A DNA stretch of 64,000 nucleotides from positions 683,864-747,863 of the forward strand of contig JAAOMT010000239.1 in NCBI GenBank assembly GCA_016748015.1, in the 5' to 3' direction. Position numbers and translations under genes: made by a program. Of the stretch, positions 51,948 through 64,000 are shown piece after piece (the stretch's first letter is position 1; each line of letters opens with the position of its first letter). A model generated the notes under the pieces. The model searched no databases and was not told where the DNA came from. It saw nothing but the letters and a program-made list of their open reading frames with translations. This DNA is from Geosiphon pyriformis uo1 (lineage: Eukaryota; Fungi; Glomeromycota).

Positions 51948-52073
51948 ATTTTTCATGTGTAATCGTTTAAATAAGTTTAAATAGATCTAATCATATTTAT
52001 TTTTTTTTAATCATGATTTTTTAATTTTAATTATTTATATATTTAGCGAAATCATCTTTAATAAAAATATATA

Positions 52074-54800
52074 TGTCATGAGTTGGAACAGGATTTGAGT
52101 TGATTTGGGATTCTAATTCAACTTGAGTTAATTCGGAATCTTTAATTCAACACTGTGTTGATTCCGAATCAACTCAACCAATCACATTATTTGGTTAATT
52201 GGCCAGTAAAAAGTTTTCCTTTCATTAGCCAATCAAAAAAATCAAAGTTTCGATATTTGACGCGTTTTTTTATGGCTTCCCAACATCATTTATCATCGAT
52301 AAATTATGAATGGCTTACTCAAGAAACATTTTCTGATCTTCTTAAAAGCTATTTATTAGCTAGAAGTAAAAAAAGATAAGCCAAAACTTTGCTTTCTCAA
52401 GATTACATAAACTAATGCATTAAGATATTAAAAAATACTTCTGAAGGAGAAAACTTCGATTTTAAATTAAAGTATTGGATACGCACTATCTTTTATATTG
52501 CACAAGTCGAAAGACAAGATATACTTTATCTTAAAAAACTAGTTTGTCTGAAAGAAAAATTATATGAAAAACTATGTGAATTTCATTTAGAAATAGGTCA
52601 TAAAAGAATGAGCAAAACTTATAATGCAGTATAAAATATTAATTTAATTTTTTATATAAATAGATATTAATAATTTTTTATTTATAGATTAAAGATAAAT
52701 ATGCTTGAATGCCTAAAAATTTAGTAAAACAGTTTTGTTTTTGCTGTACTAAATGTATTATATAATAATCTTTAACTCAACCAATAGCTGTAAATCCGAT
52801 TTTAGCAAAAGACTTTATGTGCCATTTATAAGCAGACTTGGTTGATATGTATAATTGACCAAATAATTCTTATAAATATATCTGTCATGTTTGGAATTAT
52901 TTTACAAATTTTTTTTGAACTGCAGCCCTATTTTTTAAAGAAGCAAAAGAAGTAACAAGCTTTCTTTTTAAACTTTTTAACACATTTAAATCTCTAATTA
53001 TTCTTTAAACTAATAATAGAAAAGAGTTTACAGCTAATATAATCAAAAAATTAACAGAAATATGACCAACTATTTATATTATAAATGAATACCTAAGACA
53101 TTCTCAATCTCAAAAATTAATTGAATAAGCAAATAATATACTTTAACAAAAACTTTCAAAATTAATAAAGAATATAAAAACTAATAATTGGTTGCATAAT
53201 TTATATTAAATAACATGTAAAAAACATTATTTTTATATTAATTGAATTATTAAACAATAACTAATTTATTTTTATGTTTAAATACAATAAATACAAAAGT
53301 TTTATAATTATTGGCTTTTTACTTTATCAAATAATATTTGGAAAAAAACTTTTCATCAATTATTTTTTTTTTAAGTTTTTTTTTAAACAATTAATTATGC
53401 AAGAATAAAATTTTTTTAATAACTTAAATATAAAGCCAGCTAATAAAAAACCAATTCAACAGAAAATAAAAAGTAATAGTAATTAGCAACAAAACAAATT
53501 ACAGCAACAAAATAATTAGTAATAACAGCAAAATAACTAGTGACAAAATAACCAACAGCAACAACAAAATAATAAGTGACAAAATAATTAGTAACAACAA
53601 CAATATAATATATAACAAGATAATTAGCAGCAACAAGATAATAAGTAATAAGATAACCAGCAGTAACAGCAAAATAATTAGCAACAAAATAATAAACAAC
53701 AAAATAACCAGTAGTGGCAACAAGATAACCAGTGACAAAATAATAAACAACAAGATAATTAGTAATAATAGCAAAATATCTAATAGTTATAACAAAATAA
53801 CTGGAAGCAGTAACAATAACTATTAAATCAGTAGCAACAATATAACATAGTAAATAATATTAAAAAAAATTAAGAAAAATTGAGTCATAAGTAAAAAAAC
53901 TAAGCAATCTCTTAAAAAATATTGGTATTTACTTTAATAACTTTTATATTTCTTCTGTTATAATTTCAAGAAATAAGATAATATTTTTTATTATTTGCAT
54001 TTTTTAATATTATTTTGTATTAATCTCATATTTTTTAATAGAATAATAATAACCAGAATAATATGCTACATAATATTATTAATTTTTCTACTAATTATTA
54101 TAAAATACACCAAATTGCTTATAATCAATATGTTAATAATATTAAAATAATACAAAAAAAAATGCTGTGTAAAAATATAAATTTTATGTGAATTGGAATT
54201 TTAAAGATCAATTGTTTAAGTACTAATAGAAAGTTTTTTATCTGTAAAATGATCAAAACTGTTAATAAAAAATCATATAAACTGAGATACAAATTAAGAA
54301 TATTAAAAAAATTCTTATCACACAATAAAGTTAATACTTACTAAAACTACTAATTTCCAGAATTATGAAAAATACCAAACACTTTTATTTTTTATATAAA
54401 ATAATCTTATACCAAAGTTAAAAAAAAAAAACAGATTATCAATACAATTATAAAAAAAACTGTAGAATTAATTATTGTAATTGCAAAAAAACTGGGATTT
54501 TATGTAGTATACAATGTTATAATAATAATAGTAATACTTGTAAAAATTGTAACAAATAATTAGAATTATTAAAATTGATAATAAAAAAATATGTCAAATA
54601 TCAAAACTTTAATTTTTTAATTGGTTAATAAAAAGAAAACTTTTTACTGGCCAATTAACCAAATAATGTAATTAGTTAAGTTAATTCAAAATTAACACTA
54701 TGTTGAATTAAAAATTTCGAATTAACTTAAGTTAAATTAGAATTTCAAATCAACTTAAATTAATACTAAATAAACTCAAATTTTGTTTTAACTTATAAAA
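52074..54800 (+). mobile_element. Ginger/TDD-like DDE (retroviral-type integrase) DNA transposon, decayed, with ~200-bp TIRs
   Basis: Left TIR tgtcatgagttgg... (52074-~52270) is the inverse of 54585-54800. TA-rich flanks. Integrase relic H..IGH...C..C, ADLVDM, IL*TNNRKEF, RHSQSQKLIE*AN. Empty site in the paralogous region near 25460. Confidence 0.8.
53480..53850. repeat. Degenerate ~18-21-bp minisatellite inside the transposon
   Basis: Repeated agcaacaa(a/g)ataa(t/c)(t/c)ag units; explains the spurious Leu/Ile ORF 53499-53774. Confidence 0.8.
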
Positions 54801-55049
54801 TATATATAAAGTTAATAATTTGTGATAAGTTATAATAAAAAATTATAAAAAAATAATATACTTTTATGTTATCTTATTTTTATTTTTATTATTATTTTTT
54901 TAATATTTATAATATTAATTAAAACATTTAACTATTTTGTTTTTATATTTTTTTATATTAATTATAATAATTAAATTAAATTTATTAATATTAATATAAT
55001 CAATAATTAAAACACAAATAACAACAACAAAAACAACAACAACAATAAC

Positions 55050-55082
<33 letters not shown>

Positions 55083-55685
55083 TTTTTATAATATTTAATA
55101 TAACTTTGTTTTAAACAACATAAGTAAATTTTATTTAAGCCAACATTTTTTAAAAAATGAAATTATTACCAAATTAATAAGTAATTGATTTTTTTAACAA
55201 AAATTACAATTAAAATTATCTTTTAAATACATAATTTATTTATTATTATATTTAAAAAAATATATTTTTTTTTTTATTATAAATAATTTTATATTTAAAA
55301 TTGTGTTAATTTAAATGATTGATTGATTGATTCATTTAATTATGAACAGAAATTAAATTATTAAAATCCTTAATTTATTTATTTAATTATGTTTTCTGGC
55401 TAAATAATTATTTTTTACACTATTTTTACTATTAAAAAAATGAATTAAACACAAAAAAATAATTATAAGTAATAAATTTAAATTTATTTTTCAAAAAAAC
55501 ATTGAAATTTTTTTTAATAACAATATTAATAACTAATTTTAATATTTATTTATTTTTTTTATTTTATTTATTAATGAGTACAGCCCAACCAAAGTCTAGA
55601 ATAAGTTACAAAGAAAAGTAGCCAACTAAACATGATTCACGCATTTGCTACATGTAACCAGCCACTCGAGCCAATCAAGGCAACA

Positions 55686-58600
55686 CTATACACTTATAGA
55701 AACACTAACCCTATAAATAGCATCAGACAAAAACAAGAACCTATTCTTAAAACTGAAACCGACATCAAGAGAATCCAACACACCAGTAAGATGAACCATG
55801 TCAGCTAAAAGAAGCAGAGCACCTGTACCAAGAGCACTGGTCACAACAATATCATCACCAATCAAACCACTTCTCTCTATGTCAGACCTGAACTTAGTTC
55901 TAAAAAGCCAGAGGTTCATCCTATGACTCTTAGCCAAATGACAGACGAAATCCACTACCACAAAGGCCACTTTCTTCTTGTCATTGAGAGAAACAATGGC
56001 CTCATCCATCCAACTCTTGAGAACAAATCCCTTGCAAAAAACCGAATACAAACCAACATCAGACACCCCCAGAGAGAGATCTTGCAACACAAAAGACGGC
56101 AACAGTAGATTAGGACCCATCAGAGTTTTCCACAAACCACCAAAGTCACCCAAAATATCTGACCACACAGAAGCATTCTTAACACAAGTAAAGCCATGAT
56201 TGGAGAGTTCCATATCACCACAAAATAGACATGACACACCAAGGTAATCTTTATTATACAGCCTCTTTCAAACAGCAACAGGCAACTTGAAATGAACAGC
56301 TTTCATGAAATACATATGAAGAGCAGCAGTGGCTCAACACATATTCCCAGAAAGCATATGAGAGTCAGGATACCAAACTAGAGCAGTATTATTCCAATTG
56401 ACAACCAGACCAAACAAACAAGACAAAACCCCTTGGCCAGGACCCACCTCCCACTGAAACTTACAAATGGAACAAAAAATGTCATGTACAAAATGGCAGG
56501 CATTACCAGAAACTGGCCTGCCATCAGTCAGCCATAACATTATCAGCAATGCCAGCATGACCTTTGACTTTGATCCAGTAGACAGTCAAATCTTTGGATT
56601 TAATCAAATCAACCATATGGTGTCTTTTTATTCAGCAACTATTGCGACAATCCAGCTGCAAGAGACCCAATTCGGCCACACATGCATCAATAGCTGCTTG
56701 ACTATCTGTGTGCAAAGCCACTGAAACAGAGGCAGAAATGCACTCCAAAGTCAGAGCAACAGCCTGTAATTCAGCCAGAGTCAAAGACAGCACACCATGT
56801 ACCTCTACTCCTAAACCTTTGTTCAAGCTAGGAAAATAAGCAGCAGCACCACACGCCACCTGAAACGTACTCAAGCCTTTAAGAGAACTGTCAGTATAAA
56901 CATCAATCTCATCAGCCCACAATCCATGAATCTCTTCACAAATATCAGCAAAAGATGTCAAATCTAAAACACTAGCACAGACAGAAACTAAACTCACAGG
57001 AAGGGGAGCATGCAAACAACTATTCAAGTAAGTGGAGGCCTTCAAAAACCATAAAGGCACGGGGCCTCTAGAACCAAGTTTTTTCCATCGGCAAAATGTA
57101 CGCCAACTAACAACAGAACCATTTTTGTTCAGAAGTTGGTTACCATATGCCACACCAGCAATTTTCAAGGAGCAAACCACATTGAAATACAAAAGATCAC
57201 CCAATACCAATGACATTGGGAAACAGCCAGGAAAGCAAAAGACACAGAAAAGCCTGTTATCCAAAGACAGCTTGTTGTCAAGAAATATACAAACCACATC
57301 CACTAGAAAATTGTTTGAAGTGTTCACTTTTAGCTTAACAGGATATTGAAGAGGATTCAGCGGAGTCCAGCACAAAACCTGCAAATCCAAAAATCAATGT
57401 TCAAACAGTTGACCAAGAATTCCAGAAGAATTTGCAAATTGCACAATAGAAGCTACGTTGCATTTAGCTTGCAACTGTTCAAAAGATTTCAGTCCATAAA
57501 AAGAGAGGTGATACAACACCTCATTGGGAAAGTCTCTCGGCAAATTGGCTTTCGACCTAAGACTTTTTCTAATGAGAACATCCTATTTTAGACAAACAGC
57601 TTTGGAAACAAAACTAAACTGTGTCTGATAACTGACTATGGGCTGCAAAACAGCCAAAACCAGATAAGAGAATTGTTTATCAGAGACAGCCTTCCAGAGA
57701 ACCATATTTGAGAAGAACCTAATATCTGAATTGGCTTTGGCAAGACTCGGCTTAGACAAACCATTGGTGGACAAGAAAATACCCAAATATCGATGACTCA
57801 CACCAGAATTGGCAACAGCAATAGCCTGGCCGTTAATGGATAAAACAGGAACCCCCATTTTTTTGTTGATAGGAATGGCAACTGTCTTCTCATTGTTTAT
57901 GTTAATGTCATTGATGAGGAAAAACTCGCTGACTACATTAAGAATGTGTTGTATAGAGGCTTGCCCATTTCCCACCCAAATAGTGTCATCAACAAAGACA
58001 CCAGCCATGAAAAAAGAAGTCATACTCCCACTAGTCTCAATCCTTTCAGTCTTTGTCACAAAGTTCAAATTGATCTGATAACTACACAAATGATCTTGTC
58101 TCGCAACTTTACATAACAAGAGGTCGTAAAAAATTTTCCATAGAAGAGGTGAGAAAACTTTACCCTGATCCAAACCATCAAGAACTTTGTATTTATCAGA
58201 AAGGCCAAAATCTGTCATGACTCTGTTAAAGTGATTGTTGTGAATGTTGCCAAAAAACTTGATGAACTTGCCACACATTTTGATACAGTATAAACTAGCT
58301 TCCAAATGAGGCCAACCAACAGAGTCATATGCTTTGCACATGTCTTAAAAAACCAGCCAAAGTTCATGGCCTTTTTCCAAAGCATCCTCCACAATTGAAC
58401 CCACAGCTGAAATTGGTAACTGAGTGGAAGTGCCTTTGAGGACAGAAAAGTTGTTACCATGGAGAACATCAAACTTATTACAAGCAAGAGAAATCCTGTC
58501 TGAGAGAACTTTTGACAGAATCTTTCTGGCCATCTCAATCAATACAATAGGCCGTGTATTTGACAAAACACTATTCCAATCATAAGGCTTAGGAATCATG

Positions 58601-60300
58601 GACACCCAGGCCTCTTTCTAATAGACTGGAACATTACCAAAATGCAAACAAGAGTTCAGCAAAGACAACAAACACTCCAAAACCAAACAGCCAGCATGTT
58701 TTCAAAGTTCATTGGTAATACCAGACAAATCAGCAGCTTTGCCATTAGGAAGATTGCTTATAACTGAAGACATCTCACACATGGTAATATTACATATGAC
58801 CAAACTAAAGACACTATCATTAACATAAGCCAAAAAGGCATATTGTTGTGCCCAGAGACCAGACAGGACAGAAAGAGCATTCTGCTTTCTGGTCCAATTA
58901 ACCATGATGTTATTTATTTTGAGCTTTATTTCATTAAGTTCCAAAATAAGAGAATCACCAACAACCAAATGGTCTAAAACAACTTTGCAAAAAGATTGTT
59001 CCAAGATGCTCTGAATTATCTCACCTTTGTCCATATTGAACTTTTCCATACACTTATCAATTACGTCTCTGATAGCAGATCTTTTGGCCACCTCAGATTC
59101 ATAATATTTGGATTTTCTATATTGCTTTCTAACCTTTGCAAGATGACTTATTAAGCCAGCAGAACCCACATCATCCCTGACCATACCAAAAACTTTGGAA
59201 GCTTCAGAAGGGTCAACTTTAAACCAAGTGTCAGCCAGACGATTAAAGCCTAACATATCATCCAGTCTTAGCACTTTTAATAACTTGGCAACCAACAGCT
59301 CTAACCTGGAAAATTTAGAAAAAAGTCTATTCTTAGCACAATCAAATTCACTATACCAATGTCTTAAAAAAATTTTTTCAGCAGAAGCAGTCATGGCTTC
59401 AGTTAGCACCTCCCACATTCCATCTAAGTTGCCACCATCTTCAGCCATTTTGAACCTATCCAGAGAATCCAAAAGCGCACATTCAGAAAGTTTTTTAAAA
59501 TGTGCCCACTTTTTCTCATTAGCATCCTTAATCTTAAACTTCCAGCAATCTTTATTAGCATGCTTGTGGATGCTGTTCAAACAAGCATCCAGAAGACCAC
59601 CCAGCCCAATAGACATTGAGACAGCCAAGTGATCCATGTTAAAAAATTCTGAGACAGAACTAACATCATGATCCACAACAGCTGAAATCAAAGAGTTACT
59701 AACTAGAATATAGTCCAAAATTCTGCTAACACCTCTTGAATTGCTCCAAGTAAGAATTCTAGCTAGAGAGTGGCCACCAAAAACATTAACTAAACCCAAA
59801 CCTAAACATTTTTTAAGACTTGCCCCCTTGACTGAACAGTTTTCATTGAAGTCCTTACCCAAAACAACAAAAGAACTTTTGTTGACAGTATCAGCAATGA
59901 ATGAATTAATAACAGAAGCCTGAGCAAAATAGTTACCACCAGACACACAGGCATAAAGCCCAATGACAGACACAGAAAGCTTGTTCTTAAACAAAAGACA
60001 AATCAAAAGAACTCTGCCCTTCACCTTCTTAACTTTGGAAACATGACGAGTTAGAGAATTGTTCACAAAAATGGCCACACCAGCCCCACAAAACCCAACA
60101 TCCAGACCAAATGTAAAAACCCAAACACCCTCAAACCTTTTCATGATCCATGGTTGTGAACTAAAACACAACTTGGTTTCTGTAACAATCGAGATCAAAC
60201 TACCAGATTTCTTATGCCAGTGAAAAATGTCTTTTTGTTTTGCAGGATTGTTCATTCTCCTAACATTACATGTGGCAATTTTCTAAATAAAACTGGTTAT
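55686..60300 (-). pseudogene. LINE ORF2 (APE-RT-RNase H-CCHC), disrupted
   Basis: ATCNVR, VTETKL, GKDFN, ILDYI, MDH (APE); RPIVL, DM.KAYDSV, GLDQG..FSP, FVDD, YLG (RT); VYTDSS, AELQAV, HTDSQAAI, KVKGHAG (RNase H); CLFC..E..H.F.C. Several in-frame stops and one frameshift near 56530. Confidence 0.9.
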
Positions 60301-62219
60301 TGTGATGAAGAAATAACTGAAGAACCTGAGCCAGCACACAACTGATCCAACTTAGCCAAAATCAAACCAATAGAGATGTCGAAGACAACCAACTTCAATT
60401 CCAGACCACCAACTTTGGAAGTCAGGACTTTGGAACTACTTAGACCCAAGAGTGAATTGGTAACACCTGAAGAGAAAGAAGTAGGCTGGACAAAAAGATC
60501 ATCAACTGCCATGTCAAAATCCAAGTCAGAGTTTACAACCACAAGAGAAACAGAGGTTGGGAACTGAGAAACAATCACAGAAGGAACCATTTGAGAGGAA
60601 GGCGCCAAGGGTGCTGAACCAATATTGTCAAAATGAGAAAAAATGTTTAAAATTTGACCAGACAAAAGCTCGACAAAGCATTCCAGAAGTGCTAAGTGAG
60701 CACTCAAAGGAGAATTGATCACAGGTAGAGGGGAAGGTGCTCTACCTGAACTCAAAGCACCAGAAGACAGAGAACCAGAACCAGAACCAGCACAAAAACC
60801 ATGAGAGACTAAAGTAACTGAGACCACTTGAGCCCAAGATTTGCCACCAAAGGCAACAGGATGAGAGATTGATACATTCTTCTTTGCATACAATTTGGCC
60901 AGCTGGTGACAAGTATCTAGGTTGGCAGGCCTTATAAAAAACTTTGAAGATTTGAGAGCTGACGCAACCTCAGCATCACATTCCAAGGCAGAATGACCAA
61001 ACTTCTTACACCATTCACAGCGAACCAAATCCAGCCTAGTCCATGAGAGTTTTACACCACCAAAGATTGGCTCCGTGTGAAAAGCTGACTCTAAAACCTC
61101 ATCAGAATCAAAACAAACAACAGCACAGCAGACCCTATTACCAGTCTCCAATAACCAATTTATAACACAAGTTTTTCCACCAGTCCCTTCAAGAAGATCC
61201 CCAAGATTATGAGCAGTAGTTCTCACCGGCAAAGTAAACAAAAGCACCCTGAACTGATCTCTAAAAGCCCAAGTTTCATGATCGCCCACCACCATAGCCA
61301 CACGAACCGAGTCTTTACCAATTAGGAAGGACCACCTAACAGCCAAAGACACAGCCTGTTCTAGTTCAGCAAATTCTACCACAGCCTTTTGCCATAAACC
61401 AATTAACTGGATTTTGATCGACTTAATTTCTCCAAACTCAGATACTGCGGCAACGATCATTTTCTTTGGCATATTCATGGGAATTTCTTTGATTACTACA
61501 GTCTGATCTGAGCGAATTACTTGTCTCTTAAGATCACTGTTTACAATAATGTTATTTTCTCTGACCAATGACATGATCTTTTCCATGCTTTCTGATGAAG
61601 TAAACATTGATCAGATGATCCCTTCAAATTTTGAGGGGATAGTGGCCCCCCCAAAATCATTGATTCCTGAAAATAATTTTCTTATAACTTGAGTTTTGGC
61701 TGTTGCCAATTTCCCTTCTATAGCCAAAAAATTAATGTCCAAAGTGAAAAATTTTTTCACAGCTACTTCCACCTGAGTTTTAATGATTTTGGGATCAATA
61801 CATGCCTTATCCAAAGAGAAAGACTTACAGGAAAGAAGAAAAATCTCTTCTTCCTCCTCCATGTCATAATTAATAAAGTCAAGAAGAGAGCCAATAATCG
61901 CACCATTATTGAAACACTTGGCTTGTGGTGTATTCATCTTGGAATCAGATATTCCTTCACTTTCAGAAGCCTTCCCATCAGTATTTATGCTATTAAACTG
62001 CTCGACTACTTGACCAGACCCATTATCATTGAGAGTTGCACCATTACTTGATAGCTTAGTACCACTGAGAGGTTTCTTGATCTTATGACTTGAACCACTA
62101 CCAACTAAACCAGAAGTTGGAACTCTGGTCAACCTTTTTTTAGCACCAGTACCACTTATAGGAGCAGCCAGATCAATAACAAAAGGATTTGTTTCTTGTA
62201 AAGTGTTGGATGACAGTAT
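60297..62219 (-). pseudogene. LINE ORF1 (gag-like, RRM + zinc knuckle), disrupted
   Basis: ORFs 61611-62132 and 60297-61607 are in the same frame, split by one TGA; CEWCKKFGHSALEC knuckle; presumed start is now ATA at 62219. Confidence 0.85.
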
Positions 62220-62649
62220 GAAATGACAGAAAAAAAACTTCTTTCAAATTATGACTCTTTTTCAAGAATTTGGGACAAAGGAGAGAAAGAAGTTTTTTTT
62301 ATTTATTATATATAATTATATATAATTAAATAATTAAAAAAATTAAAAACTAAAAAATTAAACTGTATTAATATTATTTTTATTTTTTATTAAATTTATA
62401 TTTTTTATTTAAAAGTGTTTAATTAATAATTAACTAATTTATAGTAATAATTTTAATTTAATACTAATTTTTAATAAAGATATTATAAAATCTTAAAAAT
62501 AACAATCTTTTATTATAATATAAATTAAAATTAATTAATTTATATTTAATTCAATAATTATTGTCTACTTAAGTTATTTATTAACAATATTAAATATTTA
62601 TTTTTATAATATTAATTATTTAACTTGATTTTTTTTTATTAAATATTTA

Positions 62650-64000
62650 ATAAATAAAGTCTAATTATTATCTAGTACATAGAACCAAACTAAGTGGCTT
62701 AAACTAAATACAGTTTATGTTTTTACTATATATAACCAGTCATTTAGACCAAACAAAACAACATTAAATATCTATATTAATATATGTATCTTTACTTAGA
62801 CCAGAAAAAAAAAACATTATTTATATCTACCAAAACTAATTGTAAAAGACTCTATTATACTAAGCAATTAAATTATTCTATCTAATAATATAGACATTAT
62901 ACAACAAGGCAAATCTGAAATTATGCTACTATTTTTAACTAATCCAGCTTTTTCTATGTTTACTCTATGCTTTGATCTTATAAGTCATAATTTAGTCTAA
63001 TATAATTTTACTAAACATTCTATATATTTAATAAAAATAAAAACTGTTTTTACTTTTCTATCAAAAACTGTGACAGCTTTAATATATTAGTCTTTTAACA
63101 CAAATTCTTTGCAAATTGCCATATACAAATCTATATTTAATGAACATTAAGAAAGCATTTACAAAACAGCAAAAAAAAATAAACAGCAAGTATTTATTAA
63201 TGATATTTATTTTTTAAAAGTCTTTACCAAAATTTTTTCCTTTAACTTAATATTAAAAATAAATATTTTATATCTATTTTACTTATAAAGCAATTTAAAT
63301 ATGTATTATTTTAAAATAAATTTATTTATTTAGATATCAATAAAATTTTTATTATTTTTAATTTTAAAAATTTGCAGATTCTTAAATTTTTAAATATGTT
63401 TTATTTACAAAATATATAATTTTTGTCTATTTTATTATTATATAAAAAACATATACTGTGTTTTTTTAATTTTAATAAAACTTTTAAACAAATTAATAAC
63501 AATATTAATAACTTTTTTATTCGAATTTTTAAAGTAAAAAATTAATTTTTTTGTTAATTAATAAGAAAAAATCTGTATTACCAAAAAACTAATAGGTTTT
63601 ATTAATAATTTTATTACATAATTAAGTTTAATATTTAAAATTTTAAAATTTTTAAATATTATAAAGTTTTTTTTTGTTTTTTTATTAAACATTTAATAAA
63701 TATAGACCAGTCAAAATTTAGTATACATAAATAAATTAAGAGTTTATAGTTAAATATAGTTTATGTATTTTTTATATATGATTAATCACTTAAGCTAACT
63801 AAAACAATATTACTTACTTATAATAACACTAATACTATTAGACAAACCAGAAAAAAACATATACTGACTATGTAAACTCCAATTAATAACAACAGTATTG
63901 TTAATATCTAATAATTTAATCATATTATCTAATAAAAGCACATATTATAAAGTAAGATATAACAAATTAAATAATAGTTTAAATATTATAATTAAGTAAA
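62650..64000. mobile_element. Extremely decayed transposon relics in AT-rich desert
   Basis: Patches with the A/C-skewed composition of the minus-strand LINE; no intact ORF. Confidence 0.3.

Larger units (their letters stand above)
55545..62290 (-). mobile_element. Full-length non-LTR retrotransposon (LINE) with RNase H, inactivated
   Basis: ORF1 with RRM-like region and CCHC knuckle; ORF2 with AP endonuclease, RT, RNase H and C-terminal CCHC; A-rich 3' tail near 55545-55572. Confidence 0.92.

Noticed and set aside
53499-53774. Leu/Ile-rich 'membrane protein' ORF
   Set aside because: Antisense translation of a decayed minisatellite inside the transposon.
55923-62051. Plus-strand ORFs overlapping the LINE
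   Set aside because: Shadow ORFs antisense to ORF1/ORF2, with no independent motifs.
55686-62219. Stop-codon reassignment or readthrough explaining in-frame stops in the LINE
   Set aside because: All three stop types occur at positions explained by single transitions, and host genes use the standard code.
1-64000. tRNA/rRNA genes or bacterial endosymbiont-derived DNA
   Set aside because: None recognised; nearly all genes have spliceosomal introns and there is no operon-like organisation.

Overview
Eukaryotic, intron-rich, AT-rich fungal DNA. The gene families (HRDLHSGN-type tyrosine-kinase-like paralogues, a PD-(D/E)XK-like gene, and the LINE ORF1/ORF2 type) point to Glomeromycotina (arbuscular-mycorrhizal or Geosiphon-like); this is an inference. 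About 1-22 kb is a gene-dense block: a 394-bp higher-order tandem repeat, a restriction-endonuclease-fold gene, MEMO1, an Air1/2-like zinc-knuckle gene, a pseudo-Nudix/tandem-CCCH/W2 fusion gene, a macrodomain-aprataxin, an epoxide-hydrolase-like gene, a conserved unknown gene and a WW-domain gene. About 22-64 kb is a mosaic of extremely AT-rich deserts and islands. The islands hold six kinase paralogues (three apparently intact, three decayed), two duplicated aldo-keto reductase genes with different lesions, END3 and LSM8, a Ginger-like DNA transposon, and a full-length but inactivated LINE with RNase H, plus LINE relics. The most notable observations are: (i) the Nudix-TZF-W2 fusion; (ii) a TSD-flanked retro-insertion that appears to have become a new intron; (iii) RIP-like C>T/G>A decay of repeats in non-CpG contexts; (iv) the structured core/spacer repeat array beside a nuclease-fold gene; and (v) a 3' stem-loop shared by divergent LINE ends. 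Exon boundaries were read by eye and are approximate.
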